64,000 bases of DNA from Octopus vulgaris. Its lineage: Eukaryota. Made by a program: the position numbers and the translations under genes. The stretch covers positions 36,022,001 through 36,086,000 of the forward strand of contig OX597816.1 in the NCBI GenBank assembly GCA_951406725.2. The letters run 5' to 3'. Shown piece after piece: positions 40,097 through 54,031 of this stretch; within the stretch, counting starts at the first letter, position 1; each line of letters begins with the position of its first letter. The notes under the pieces are model-generated. The model searched no databases. It saw only the letters and a program-made list of their open reading frames with translations, and was not told where the DNA came from.

Positions 40097-40997
40097 CCAA
40101 ACAAGTCCTAGTAATAGGAACGTTATGCATAAATGTCTAATGTATGCATAAAAGTCTAATGTAAACTTCACTTGCAAAATTTCCCGTTACTACCAGCGAG
40201 CTCAGGAGCTCCTAGTTTCTAAGCTGATTTCAGAGAAACAGGCGTGCTTCCTCGAATGAATACAAATAATTATGAATAAAAAGAAATTCACAAAGGTTTT
40301 CATATTTATTCTGTTGTGTCTTTCATTTTGTGCTTTATAAATGTAACACACAGACCGGTAATATTTTCATTTATTTCTTATTTTTATTTTCCTAAAATTT
40401 TCGTTGCGTCTTGCTTCAACACACGAACTCATATAAAGATTCTTGCAAAGCAAATCCAAAAACAAAAATTCATATTTATAATTTATTAGAAATACCTGTT
40501 GGTAGCTTTTGAGCATTTACATCTTTCTCTACTTGCGCATCCTTAATGTATTTCTGTTTGCACAAGTGGATACAGACGTGTAATTATGTTACTAATGTAA
40601 TTGTTTATGAATAATATATAACATTAATACCAGAACGAAGAGCTTACCTTAGACATTTTTGTGTTTTATCAAAAGTAATTTCAGTAAGAGTATAGTATTA
40701 ACTGTCTTCCTAGCATCTCACCCTACATATTCCTTGTATCACCATTTTGCAATCGCAAAGTTAAACAATACCGTGTTTCTATTTTTTTCATAATTATGTT
40801 TTATCAGATTGCATTTAATATGAAATACAATACAAGTACATATCAACTATTGTTTATTTAATACTTTCCAGAATCCGGTGATTTTATTCCTTATCATTTC
40901 TTATATAGGAAGAAGACATTAAATATATCAATGTACTCCATTTTATTTTTACATAAGCATTAGTTTCATTCTACCGATATAAATAATATATATATAA

Positions 40998-41073
<76 letters not shown>

Positions 41074-41963
41074 CCAGACAACATTCTCAAGTGAATAACA
41101 AAGATAAAATTCATATGAAAAATAATTTTGCAACTAAGTGCATACGCCAATTCTTTTCTTTAAAATTTTATTTTTTTTACTACTATTTCTAGAAACATTT
41201 CTCTTGAAGGAAACACTAGAACTGTCCATGTATTGTTAGAACTGGTTTGTCAAGTCTGTTAATTTCACTGCTTCATTAAAGTATCATTTGATACCTGAAG
41301 CATCTAATTTTTTAATCAATTTATTGATGTTTTTTCATTCCACAATCAATACGAACGTAAGAAGTTCATATGCTTTTAGATATCGTTTAACGTTAGTGTG
41401 TGTTTATTACAATCATAATTTTATAGATGTCTTTATATAAACTGAAGTTTCGCTACCATACTTAAAAACCATACGATGCTGTTTGAAAGACTAAAAAGAA
41501 TGTGGCGCGAATACTTCTTGCAGATTGTGCCAACCAGAACACTTAAAGTTTTATGGAACACCAAAAATTTCAGTAACTATTATAGTAATAACGCCCCCAC
41601 CCCTACACATACATACACATATGTGTTTGAGTGTGTGTGTGTGTGTAAATATATGTATATATATATATATGCATGTGTATAAATTCATATATATATGTAT
41701 ATGTACATATGTATATATATTAGTACGTATTTATATACATGAATATATAAATCACGAAATATATATAGGTATATGTGTAAATAGACAGAAATATATATAA
41801 CCACACACACACACACACACAAACATATATATATTTACGTATTTATGCATATGCATATATAAAATTAGATACACACACACGTATATATATATATATATAT
41901 ATATATATCCATATATATATATATACATGTATATATATATATAGATAGATACATATACATATA

Positions 41964-42007
<44 letters not shown>

Positions 42008-42029
42008 CATATATATATATGTATACACA

Positions 42030-42070
<41 letters not shown>

Positions 42071-42911
42071 AAATGACGAGAAAATGTTTTGGGTGTTCCT
42101 AGTGAATTCAGAACAGATCATCAGGGAAAGCTTTATTGCATTAAGTCACAGAGAACTAATATCAAGATGTCGAAATGTGTCGAGGCATTCTATAAGTATT
42201 TTGAAAGTGAAACAGAAAGCATTTGACAGAGAAAGAACATGATTAAGAAACGAGGGGGAGAGTAAAAGAGAGTGAATGGGAGTAGGCAATAAAGAGAGGA
42301 AGGAGAACAGAGTCGAAAATGACTAGAGAAAAATGGAGAGAAAAGAGGATGAGATGAAAAGAAAGAAAGAATAAGAGAGAAACAGAAGAATCTATGTTGG
42401 TCAACTATAAAGGAGATAAGAATATTAGATTATATAACAACATGATGACTGGGGAAATGTATATTAAAATATATAAATAAATGCCCCGAACAGACAGAGG
42501 AAAACAGAGTGCAACATAAGAATACATAGAGGGAAATGGAGAACATGGCACTGAAAGGAATATAAGAGGCTATAGAAAGAGGAGTCAGTAAATCATGTGT
42601 GAAAAACATATTGATTAATACCAAGAGATTGGAAGTGAATATATGCATAAATGTATACATTGATATGGGTAGATCATGGCATTACAGAAGACAGGTATCC
42701 AATGGCAATTTGGTATATTTCAAAATGAGTAATTGTAAATACTCGTAGCTTTACTAGGTAAAATGCATAGATTCATACAAACAAGAGAGTATGCATGCGC
42801 ACTCTAATATTATCTCACTCTTCCTCTCGCTCTCTCTCTCTCTCTCTCTCTCCACTATCTTTCTCCCTGACTATCTATGTATACACACACACGCAAACAC
42901 ACAAATATATA

Positions 42912-43070
42912 TACGATGGGCTTCTTTAAGTTTCCATCTAACCCACAAGGCTTTAGTCGGTCCGAGGCTATAGTAGGAGACACTCGCCCAAGATGCCGTG
43001 CAGTGGGACTGATCCGGGACCCACGGGGCTCAGAAGCAAGTTTCTTACAACACGGACACACCTGTGCGTA
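42912..43070 (-). mobile_element. SINE family B, 5' half
   Basis: gggcttcttt...gaggctatagtag...gcagtgggactga. Confidence 0.8.
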
Positions 43071-43214
43071 TATATAAGAACAAAATAAATCCTCAGCTGC
43101 CAACTTCGAATTAACTCGTGTAAAAAGTACTGAAATTCTTTGAAATCTTTAATCTTTCGTATCATAAACAAAAATTTAAGCTACATAAACTTTCCAAACA
43201 TCCAGGACAAATTC

Positions 43215-43767
43215 TTTTCTAATCTAAGGCACAAGGCTAGAAATTTTGGGGAAGGGAGTCAGTCGATTAGATCGAACCCAGTATACAAAAGGTACTTAAT
43301 TTATCGTCTCCGAAAGGATGAAAGGCAAAAGCGACCTCGGCGGGATTTGAACTCATAACATAAAAACAGACGAAATACCTATTTCTTTACTACCCACAAG
43401 GGGCTAAAAACAGAAGGGACAGACAAACGTATTAAGTTGATTATATTGACCTCCAGTGCGTAACTGGTACCTATTTAACCGACCCCGAAAGGATGAAAGG
43501 TAAAGTCGACCTAGGCGGAATTTGAACTCAGAACGTAACAGCAGACTAAATACCTATTTCTTTACTACCCACAAGGGGCTAAACACAGAGAGGACAAACA
43601 AGGACAGATAAACGGATTAAGTCGACTATATCGACCCCAGTGCGTAACTGGTACTTAATCTATCTACCCCGAAAGGATGAATGTCGACCTCGGCAGAATT
43701 TGAACTCAGACAGTAAAAGCAGACGAAATGCCGCTAAGCATTTCGGCCGGTGTGCTCACCGCCTTAA
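43215..43767 (-). mobile_element. Trimeric family A SINE (one head, three tandem core/tail units)
   Basis: ccgaaaggatgaa...gacct...atttgaactca occurs near 43310, 43485 and 43670. Confidence 0.85.
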
Positions 43768-44657
43768 CATCCAAGACAAATTATTAATGGACTAATAAAA
43801 AATAATAAATCATTGAGAATATCCATCTTGTCAATTATTAATAGGACCTTCAATAAGAATGTTTTGTATTACGATGATACCTAAATTAGAAGGGGCATAA
43901 TGAAGTATCAATTACATAGAAAATAGTAATTTCAAAACATGACCAACGAAGATGACATGACATGTATAATGCAAAGATGTAACCAACTATAATTTCCGGG
44001 AAGCATTATATTGCCCTCTGAACGGAAATTGCTCACTACAAATGAAATGATTTAACACAGACAGCATTAAATTTTACATTGATTCTCCGAAATATTTTTC
44101 TTAAAAAAGAAAAAAAAAAAGCAACTTCTACTCGGATAAAAATTCCTTTTTCAAAACAAGGTGCGCTCACAAAACATAACTTTCTGAATATATACATGGC
44201 ATAAGATCAAATAATATAGATTAGAAATTTATCGATATTATATACTACGGCTTCCAGTAGAGAGGAAAGACGCCGCTGTCTATTACGTTTAATAAAGCAC
44301 TGGAAATGCCTGGCGATGAAATTCTTAACAACAGAAAATAGATAATTATTAACTGTTTACGCAGAAAGTGTATAAGTTTCAAAATGAATAAGAATAATAC
44401 TGAAGATTAACAAATAATTTGTGCGTATATATGCCTACATTTATAAATATACTCCTTATATCTACACGCGCGGAAGTAGTTATGAATATGCATAAGTGTA
44501 TATATAAATGTGTGTGTGTATCAAGCTATGTATTTATGTGTGTGTTTGTGCGTGAGTGTATGTGTGTGAATGTGTGCGAGCGAGTAGGTATATACGTGTG
44601 TATGTGTGTATAATATATGGGTTATGGATGTATCTATTATGTATTTAAGTATGGATA

Positions 44658-45720
44658 TATTGGTTCATCCCATAAATAATGAAATTTTTTCAATTACATG
44701 TACTAATAGTTGGAGGGGGGCGGGATAGTCTACCTGTATCAACTTGCAAGAAAAGCAGGTGGTAATTTTACTTTGACCCTTATTCTTAATGAAAGTTTTG
44801 AAGTGTCCAGTTCGATATTAACAGTTATTTTTCAAAGCTATAATGGAAGTTACAGAGGAGCACATTCGGCATATTTTGCTTTAAGTGTTCAATAAAGACA
44901 ACGCAACGGAGAGTCCGAGGAATATTAATGCATTATATGGGGATCGGACGACAAACGTAAGCGAGTGTGAACGGCGGTTCCTGAAATTCCGAGCCGGAAA
45001 CTACAGCCTAGATGACGAGCATCGTCCTGGAATATATGTAGCGCTCGACGAGGACGTCCTGCAAAACTTGGTGGAACAAAAACCCATCGTAACTGTTGGG
45101 GATCTAGCAGAGAAGCTTGGATTTGGTCATTCAACCATTCATCGACATTGGCATGCCATCGGAAAAGACAAACTTTCTGAGAATGTGTAATCTTCTTTGC
45201 TGTCACGTCTCACGAATGAACCTTTTCTGAACCGAATAGTCATTGTTGACGAGAAATGGGTTCTTCATGAAAATATCAAGCACCGAAGACTGTGAGTAAG
45301 GAAATGTAGAAGCACCGCCACCCTAGGTTAAAGAAAGTCTTCAGCCACGTAAGGCATTGTTATCTGTTTGGTGGGATATGAACACTTTAATTCACTTTGA
45401 ACTTCTAAACTCAAAGGAAACGATAACAAAGATCTACTGTGAGTAGCTCGAGTGACTTAAGTCAACGCAGGAAGAAAAAGAACGATCATTGAGTTCAAGA
45501 CGAAAGGTGTTCTTCTATAATGCTTGGCCTTATACAACGCGGATGACACATCAAATGCTGGAGCAGTTTGAAAGGGAAACGATGTCCAACCGACCATATC
45601 CGCCACACATTGCCCCGTCTGATAATCATTTATTCCACAGTTTTCCAAATCATTTAGACGCAAAAAATATGAATGATGTCAGAACAGCATTGCAGGAGTA
45701 CTTTTCGTCACTTGTTTCTA
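44658..45720 (+). mobile_element. Mariner transposon relic
   Basis: tattggttcatcccataaataatg end; RNINALYG...KFRAGNYSLDDEHRPG, IVIVDEKWV, PYPPHIAPSDNHLF. Confidence 0.88.
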
Positions 45721-45789
45721 CGCAACGTATTTCTCCAGATGTGCTGTTACTTGATTATGCAACCGGTTCCCTGCATTACGAGATCTAGT

Positions 45790-46416
45790 GTTCTATTCTT
45801 CTATTCTTTTATTTGTTTCAGTCATTTGACTGCGGCTTTGCTGGAGCACCGCCTTTAGTCGAGCAAACCGACCCCAGGACTTATTCTTTGTAAGCCTAGT
45901 ACTTATTCTATCGGTATTTCTTGACGAACCGCTAAGTAACTGGAATGTAAACACATCAGCATCGGTTGTCAAGCGATGATGGGGGTCAAACATACACACA
46001 CACACATATATATACATACACATATATATATATATATATATATAAAAGACCCCCTTCGGTCATGAGTGACCATGGGTTTGCACCTAGAGAGTTACCCTCT
46101 GAGGCACAAGTCTGGGCAAGGTGGTTTTTATGGAAGACCAGTAGTCGCCCATGCATACCGGCCTCCCCTCTCCACGCCACCAGTGTTATCCAAGGGAAAG
46201 ACAAAGGCCGATACAGCTTGGCACCTGTGACGTCGCAACTCATTTCTACAGCTGAGTGAACTGGAGCAACGTGAAATAAAGCGTCTTGCTCAAGAACACA
46301 ATACGCAGCCCGGTCCGGGATTCGAGCTCACAACCTCACGATCGTAAGCTCGACGCTCTAACCACTGAGCCATGCGCCTCCACATATACACATATACAGA
46401 TACATATATATATATA

Positions 46417-46469
<53 letters not shown>

Positions 46470-46632
46470 GATGGGCTTCTTTCCGTTTCCGTCTACCAAA
46501 TCTACTCACAAGACTTCAGTCGGCACGTGGTTATAGTAGAAGGCACCTGTCCAAGGTGCCACGCAGTGTGACTGAACCCGGAACCATGTGGTTGGTAAAC
46601 AAGCTACTTACCACACAGCCACTCCTGCCCCT
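45790..46632 (-). mobile_element. SINE family B, full-length, split by a family D SINE inside its internal (TA)n
   Basis: Tail at 45790-46020, head at 46468-46632. Confidence 0.88.
46046..46383 (-). mobile_element. tRNA-derived SINE family D
   Basis: Minus-strand head ggaggcgcatggctcagtggttagagcg...gagctcgaatcc with A and B boxes. Confidence 0.85.
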
Positions 46633-46679
46633 ATTTATAGTTATTTGGTGACATTCAATTTTGTGATATTCCAGTCGAT

Positions 46680-47800
46680 TATCAGTGTTTGTAGTGTTAT
46701 TGATGTTATTGCATGTTTTGTTGATACTTTTTTAGCTTTAGTTTGAATACTGTTATAACTGTCTGGGTCGCTATCCATGTTTATTGTCTTTATTTTTGTT
46801 ATTGTTTCTATAACTTGTGTTTTTTTTTGTTCTGTTTGTTGCTTGTCTGTGATCGTTGTTTGCGTGTATATTTATTTATTGTTGTATTCGTGTATGTTGT
46901 ACTTTATGTTGTTGGATGTGCCGTACACATTGTATTCTTCATGAAGATACGATGGTATTTGTGTCTTTTAGCAAAGCACCTATCTAACGCTGCAAGGAAT
47001 TCTTTAACTATCTTCGATGATATTTGCAATCTGATATTTGGTTTATGCCATAAGATCTTGGATATTTTTTTTGTTTTTGGTTCCGTTAACCTATTTTGTG
47101 TTGCTGGCATTTTGTGCGTCGCTTTTGCTATTATTGTTATTCTTTCGAATTTTCTTTATTCTTTTCCTATCTTTCCATTGCGTCTTGGGATTTTGTGTTT
47201 TTATTGTTATGTTGTTTTTTCATGTTGTGTGTGCTTTCTACTTTAGCTGCGTGAGCATTATTATACGGTTGTCCCAAAAGTTCGTAGAAAGTCTTGGAAA
47301 ATAATGGTCTTTATTTTGAGGAATAATTTTTGTTGTTTTTGTTTGTACTTGGCGAGTAAAAATTCAATTTTCGCAAGTGTTTACGAAATTTTGGGACAAC
47401 TTAATATTAGTTAGGGCTTTGCCACGTGTGAACTTGAGTTTCCCTTATACCCATCCCTAACTAGTGTTTCATTGTAGTAAGGTGTATGTATGTTGAATAT
47501 TGTTTCGTTGATTGATGGCCATAATTGTTTTGTGGATATATTCGTATCTGTTCCTTTGGTTATGGATGGCGGATGATTGGACTTTACATTTATGTATGTA
47601 AGACAATTATTCGGTTTGCCGTATGGTTCATAATCCCTGTTTCTAAGTTTAAAATAGCATCTAGGAAATTACGGTAATTACTGTCTATGGTTATAGATAG
47701 ACATATGGTAATTACTGTCTATGGTTATAGATAGGCATAATTTTTTTAATAATTTGTGTAGATTTTTTTCTGTATCGCTCTATTTCTAATTTAGTACAAT
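46680..47800 (-). mobile_element. Penelope-like retroelement RT/thumb/linker fragment, degraded
   Basis: NFLDAILNLETG, YEPYGKPNN.LTYINVKSNHPPSI, IFN...PYYNETL..DGY and ILWHKP...KEFL..LDRCF...HKYHRIF.KNT; 34-bp-period duplication at 47673-47734. Confidence 0.8.
47263..47406. mobile_element. Tc1/mariner-type MITE inserted into the PLE
   Basis: TIRs gttgtcccaaaagttcgta / tacgaaattttgggacaac with TA flanks. Confidence 0.75.
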
Positions 47801-47932
47801 TATGTCTTACGAAAAGATCGTCGTCTCTGAATATTTTGCCTATATGTCCTACGTCCCATTTTGATGGACATGTTAGACGCTATCAGTATCGCCTGAGGAA
47901 ACACACACACACACACACACACATACACACAT

Positions 47933-47989
<57 letters not shown>

Positions 47990-48169
47990 TACATACATAC
48001 GTACATAGTGAAAGAACGAAATTTAATATATAGAGAGAGACGAGGAGCGATAGCAAAAGGAAAAGAGAAAGAAAGAAAGAATTCAATGAATGAATGAATG
48101 AGAGAAGCAGGCAAGCAAACAAAAAAAAACGAAAGAAGAAAGAAACTATGTTGGAGATAACCAAAGATA

Positions 48170-48305
48170 TTCTTTTCTACTCTAGGTACAAGACCCGAAA
48201 TTTGGAGATCGACCCCAGTACACAACCGGTACTTAATTTATCGAACTCGAAAGGATGACAGGCAAAGTTGACCTCGACGGTATTTCAACCCAGAACGCAA
48301 GATAA
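48170..48305 (-). mobile_element. SINE family A, partial
   Basis: tcgaccccagt...ggtacttaatttatcga...aaaggatga. Confidence 0.75.
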
Positions 48306-48369
48306 ACAAAGATATTAAAATATATAACTTAAATGAAGAAATGAATATGCAAATATATAAATATATAAT

Positions 48370-48784
48370 AGGCGCAGGAGTGGCTGTGTGGTAAGTAGCT
48401 TGTCTACCAAGCACATGGTTCCGGGTTCAGTCCCACAGCGAGGCACCTTGGGCAAATGTCTTCTGCTATAGCCCCGGGCTGACCAATGCTTTGTGAGTGG
48501 ATTTGGTAGACGGGAACTGAAAGAAGCCTGTCGTATATATGTATATATATATATATGTGTGTGCGTATGTGTTTGTGTGTCTGTGTTTGTCCCCCTAGCA
48601 TTGCTTGACAACCGATGCTGCTGTGTTTACGTCCCCCGTTACCTTAGCGGTTCGGCAAAAGAGACCGATAGAATAAGTACTGGGCTTACAGTAGAATAAG
48701 TCCCGGGGTCGAGTTGCTCGATTAAAGGTGGTGCTCCAGCATGGCCGCAGTCAAATGACTGAAACAAGTAAAAGAGTAAAAGAG
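48370..48784 (+). mobile_element. SINE family B, full-length
   Basis: tRNA-like head aggcgcaggagtggctgtgtggtaag...ggttcagtcc; internal (TA/TG)n; tail ctccagcatggccgcagtcaaatgactgaaacaagtaaaagagtaaaagag. Confidence 0.92.
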
Positions 48785-50163
48785 TATATGCACCCAAAAG
48801 ACAAAGAAAGAGGTAGAGAGAAAAATAAGAAAGCATAGTGGGAAACAGAGCACATGAGAGGAGGAGGGATGCCCGTGATTCATTTAGAGCGGAGTGGAGT
48901 CGACTAACGTAAAATGAAGTGCGGCATTCGCCTCGGGAAATCCTCTCGCGTACACGTATTGTGCTCAAACTCACAGAAGTATGTCAGAAGCATACGTAAA
49001 AAAGTCTTACAACGACGGTCTAATTTGTATACCTTCATTTCTGCTTCTTTCGCCATCATCACCTACAAATATCCACAATCAATCGTATTCTTGGAAAAAT
49101 ATAGCCGCTATCGATACACGAGTGGTTAACAAATTACTTACTCTATGCTACTTTGAACCGATTATGTTTCCGTCGCTGATAACGAATTTTTATCCAGCGT
49201 AACTGCTGATATCTCTCCATAATTTCCAGATCAGCATTTTCTCGTGCATTTTATGCATAATAAGCTTATTTGTAATTTATCCCCAAAATGATAATTTTTG
49301 TAATTGAATTTGTGTAGCTTTACATTCTATTATTATTGTTTATATAGTTTGTTATCATGTTTCCTTCTTTGCGTCTGTAAGTCTTACTGTAAGTCTTACT
49401 ATTTCTCTCTCGCATATGTTTCCTCTATTGGCGCCTTATTTAACCAATGCACAGCGACTAAGACGAGATTCTTAACAAGTGACTGCGCAAACTTCGCACA
49501 CAATATGTTGTCTTTTATTTCTACCATTACTTTCTTCCTTATGATAGATTTCATTTACTCACCTACACTTACAGCTCTCATTATTTGATTATATATAATA
49601 CCTCCATAGACTGACAGCTTGGCTCTTCCAAAATTCCCCCTTTATTTATTTGCCATTTTCCTTTTATTTTATATTTTCCATTTTCCCTTTCACTATGCTA
49701 CTTTCTTTAAATCCCTTTACACATGATCAACATTATTTTTCCTAAGTTTTAATAACTCATCTTTCCTTTATCTTCTCCTTTCATTCCTCCTTATCTATTT
49801 CTTCCTTCGCCCTTTTACTTTTTATCTTTCTAGATGATATACACACTTAATACCATGCTCTCTCTTTCTTCCTCTTAGATTTTTCAAATAAATTCTCCTT
49901 TATTCCTTCCGTCACAGTTTTTCAGATTTCTTGAAATCACTATAGTTGGACTTGTACTGCTTTCTTTGTATTTGCCACCTACACTGCATGACATGCTATA
50001 CAGTTTAGAAATGCTAATGTATTACGATTCATGTGCATAGGGTGCAGTGATGCAGTATTTTCTTACAAATTTTACAACTAATTGCATAATATGCACCATA
50101 TATACAATGCATCAAAGTAACAGCAAATGATGTATTGTATCTTGTAATATTATATAATGATGA

Positions 50164-50559
50164 TGGAAGCACTCCGTCGGTTACGACGACGAGGGTTCCG
50201 GTTGATCCGAATCAACGGAACAGGCTGCTCGTGAAATTAACGTGTAAGTGGCTGAGCACTCCACAGACACGTGTATCCTTAGCGTAGTTCTCGGGGATAT
50301 TCAGCGTGACACAGAGAGTGACAAGGCCGGCCCTTTGAAATACAGGTACAACAGAAACAGGAAGTAAGAGTGAGAGAAAGTTGTGGTGAAAAGTTGTGGT
50401 GAAAGAGTACAGTAGGGATCACCACCATCCCCTGCGGGAGCCTCGTGGAGCTTTAGGTGTTTTCGCTCAATAGACACTCACAACGCCCGGTCTTGGAATC
50501 GAAACCGCGATCCTATGACCGCGAGTCCGCTGCCCTAACCACTGGGCCATTGCGCCTCC
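50164..50559 (-). mobile_element. SINE family C with tail type 2, full-length, young
   Basis: tRNA(Arg)-like head; 11-bp TSD tatataatgat at 50151-50161 and 50560-50570. Confidence 0.92.
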
Positions 50560-50574
50560 TATATAATGATATGA

Positions 50575-50770
50575 AGGCGGTGAGCTGCTAGAAATGTTGG
50601 CACAGTTGTAACAATGTTCAGCGGCATTTTTTCTGATTCCATGGGGTCAAATATGCGATTCGTTCTTTTCTAGATCGATAAAATGAATACTAGCTGAACA
50701 CTGGTATCGATGCAATCGACCAGTAGATTCTCAGAGTTTTCAGGTCTTGTACTCATGGTACAAATGAATA
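50575..50770 (+). mobile_element. SINE family A, old
   Basis: aaggcggtgagctg...tcgataaaatgaatac...cactggtatcgatgcaatcgac. Confidence 0.65.
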
Positions 50771-51021
50771 TCATACTCACAAACACACACACACACATAT
50801 GTGTGTGAGAGTGTGTGTTCTGTATGCCTATAAATGTTGGTGCCTTGATATTCGCTCGGAAAGTGTCTGCTAGGCAATTGATTTTCTCTGGAGTTCCCGC
50901 AGTAACAGGAAGATTGGAACTTAAGAAAAACTAATTAGACAGTAACTATGTGCCAATGACTCTCTCACACTCACAAACACAAACACACACACAAACACAC
51001 ACATACACACACACACACACA

Positions 51022-51074
<53 letters not shown>

Positions 51075-51172
51075 TTACCGAGATCCAAGGACGAATATGT
51101 ACATATATAGATAGATAGAGAAAAAGAGAGAGAGAGGGGGAGATAGGTAGATAGATAGATGGATAGATAACC

Positions 51173-51215
<43 letters not shown>

Positions 51216-51249
51216 CAGATAGATAGCTCGATAGATACACATGTATATA

Positions 51250-51466
51250 CTTTTATTTTTTTTACTTGTTCCAGTTATTTGACTGCTACCATCCTGGAGC
51301 ACCATCTTAAAGGGGTTTAGGTGAAATCGCCCCAGGACTTATTCTTTGTAAGCATACGGTAACACAAGCACAGTAGGATCGGTTATCAAGCAATGGTGGG
51401 CTGAAGAACAGACAAACCCAAACATACACCTCACGCGCACACACACAGACACAAACACACACACAA

Positions 51467-51522
<56 letters not shown>

Positions 51523-51709
51523 ACATACAACTGGCTTCTTTCAGCTCCTGTGTAACAAATCCACTCACAATATCTTAGTCGGCTCGAGGCTATAGTAGAA
51601 GACAGGTGCCTATGGTGCCTCATGAACATATGTGTATGTATATGCGTGCGAATGAATGTATATACATGTGTGTGCGTGTGGATATATGCCTTAGTATGTC
51701 TCGCTCTCA

Positions 51710-51743
<34 letters not shown>

Positions 51744-52014
51744 ATATATATATTTATATATATATATATTATTTTCTTTAATTCTTTTATTTCAGTTATT
51801 TGACTGCAGCCATGCTGGAGTATGACATTTAATTTAACAAATCAACCGCAATACTTATTCTTTGTAAGCCTAGAATTTGTTCTATCGGTCTGTTTTGCCG
51901 AACCGCACCTACCTCGTTTGCCAAGCGATGGCGGGGACACAAAGACAAACACGTAAATACATACATATGTGCATGTACGACGGCTATTTTAAGTTTCCGT
52001 CAACCAAATCCACT

Positions 52015-52016
<2 letters not shown>
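51250..52016 (-). mobile_element. Two degraded family B SINEs (about 51250-51620 and 51780-52016)
   Basis: acttattctttgtaagc, tttgactgc, aaatccactc motifs. Confidence 0.75.
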
Positions 52017-52050
<34 letters not shown>

Positions 52051-52562
52051 TATATATGCTTGTATATGTGTATCAATATATATATATATATATATTTATA
52101 TGCATGGGTCTGACTGTGTGCGTGTGTTTGCGGGTACATGTGTATGCACGTATGTGTCCGCGCGTTGAATCTTAAAGACAGCTAAGGACAATCGCATTGG
52201 TAACGAACAATGAAGAATGACTCAACAGTACAAAGAAATGAAATAACAATTCCTTTAAAGACAATGACTTTAAGAGTACCAGAATCACCATCCTACTACA
52301 ACTAAACATTCAAGGCAGTTTTCCAATGGTCCTTCAGCAACAGCACACGATGGTAAGCTCAGTGACTACTAATAAATTCAGGCCTCGACAGCTAGGATTT
52401 TAAACTGACGGAGACATTAGTTACATGTCGCTTGAGGAGACACAACTAGACCTCATAATGTAGGGAACAGTTGCATAATCAACTACCCGCACAGCTGGAG
52501 AACTACGTAATTAAAACAGGAAAAGTCCGACCGTATCCCTTCTTGTTGACTCCAATATCTTT

Positions 52563-52603
<41 letters not shown>

Positions 52604-53772
52604 AAAAAGGCACTCATATGCCTCATGTTTGTCTTACACTACTGTAAGGAGAGATCTTTTACTGTCATTTATTTCAAGCATTTGCTATGTAAATAAACCT
52701 GTTGTCCCTTCATGAATTCAATACGATGTTGCTCGGCGCAACATTTGAATTTATATTATCCATATAACGATTTTTAGATAGAATTCTATATTTTCCTCTT
52801 CAACATTACACTCGTCTCTGGCATTTTTAACCCGGTATTGCTCCAATAATTATTTCTTGATTCAATATTGTATGACTGAAACATAAAGTGAAAAACTTTT
52901 GTGCGCCTTCATAACCCATAACCTTTTAGAAATGGTAATTGATGAACAACACATTAAACTATTTTAAAACGAAAAATAATCGCTCATCACATCAAAATAT
53001 ATATTGTTAAACGCATAACTTGTTGAATCCTCTGCTGTGTTCCCCATGCTGCATTTAATAGGATATTATTTTTTTCTAAAAATTACTGAACATACTGACA
53101 TTGGTTCATAGAATATTGAAGCATATACCATGTTGAGAATGTTTTCAGGAATTATAAGTTATTTTCACTGAGAACATGACAAAAGAAATCTACACAGCTG
53201 GACATATCATTAAACCCTCTGATAAATATATATTCCTGATATCAAAATTGGAATGGAATAAATTTAATTAGTAAATAGACACACTGAAGCTGCACTGTGA
53301 TAAAGAGTGACACTGCCGTTTTAGGTTAAGACACTTGAAGCGACACTTCAAGAAGTACTGAGGAACAAATGACGCTAATAGTATAAGACAATAGGGAACG
53401 ATCTCTACTGAGTAGTGCGCGTCTATGAAGGGAGGGAAGACGTCACTGCCTATCATATTTAAATAAAAGCCAAGGAAACGCGGCATTTACTCCAATAAAA
53501 TCATTATCATTATACTATTTAAAAGTCAGATTGTATCAGTCATAAGAGTATATATATCTAGTTAAACCATCCTCGTCGCTCACCAACCGAAAAATGCTCG
53601 TTATTTTTGTTAGAACCATGTGTGATCTAAGCCGACATTTCCACGAAAAGAGACATTCCAACTCCATCTCATTTTATTTTAAAAACTGTATGGTGAACTG
53701 TCTTGTTCTGAAAATATGCGTATTATTTCACTGTTGCCATTTATTTTCATCGATAAATAGATACATATCTAA

Positions 53773-53820
53773 ATAGATAGATAGATAGTTAGATAGATAG
53801 ATAGATAGATAGATAGATAT

Positions 53821-53893
<73 letters not shown>

Positions 53894-53948
53894 GAGATAG
53901 ATAGATAGATAGAGAGATGGATGGATGGATGCATGCATGCATGCAGGA

Positions 53949-54031
<83 letters not shown>
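53773..54031. repeat. (GATA)n microsatellite
   Basis: Direct reading; similar arrays near 31110, 40020, 51150 and 56830. Confidence 0.95.

Noticed and set aside
40196-40255. CTCAGGA...GAAAcaggcgTG hammerhead-like spacing
   Set aside because: Multiple core mismatches and a non-cleavable triplet
46743-47246. 167-aa hydrophobic ORF resembling a membrane protein
   Set aside because: Antisense to the A-rich PLE fragment
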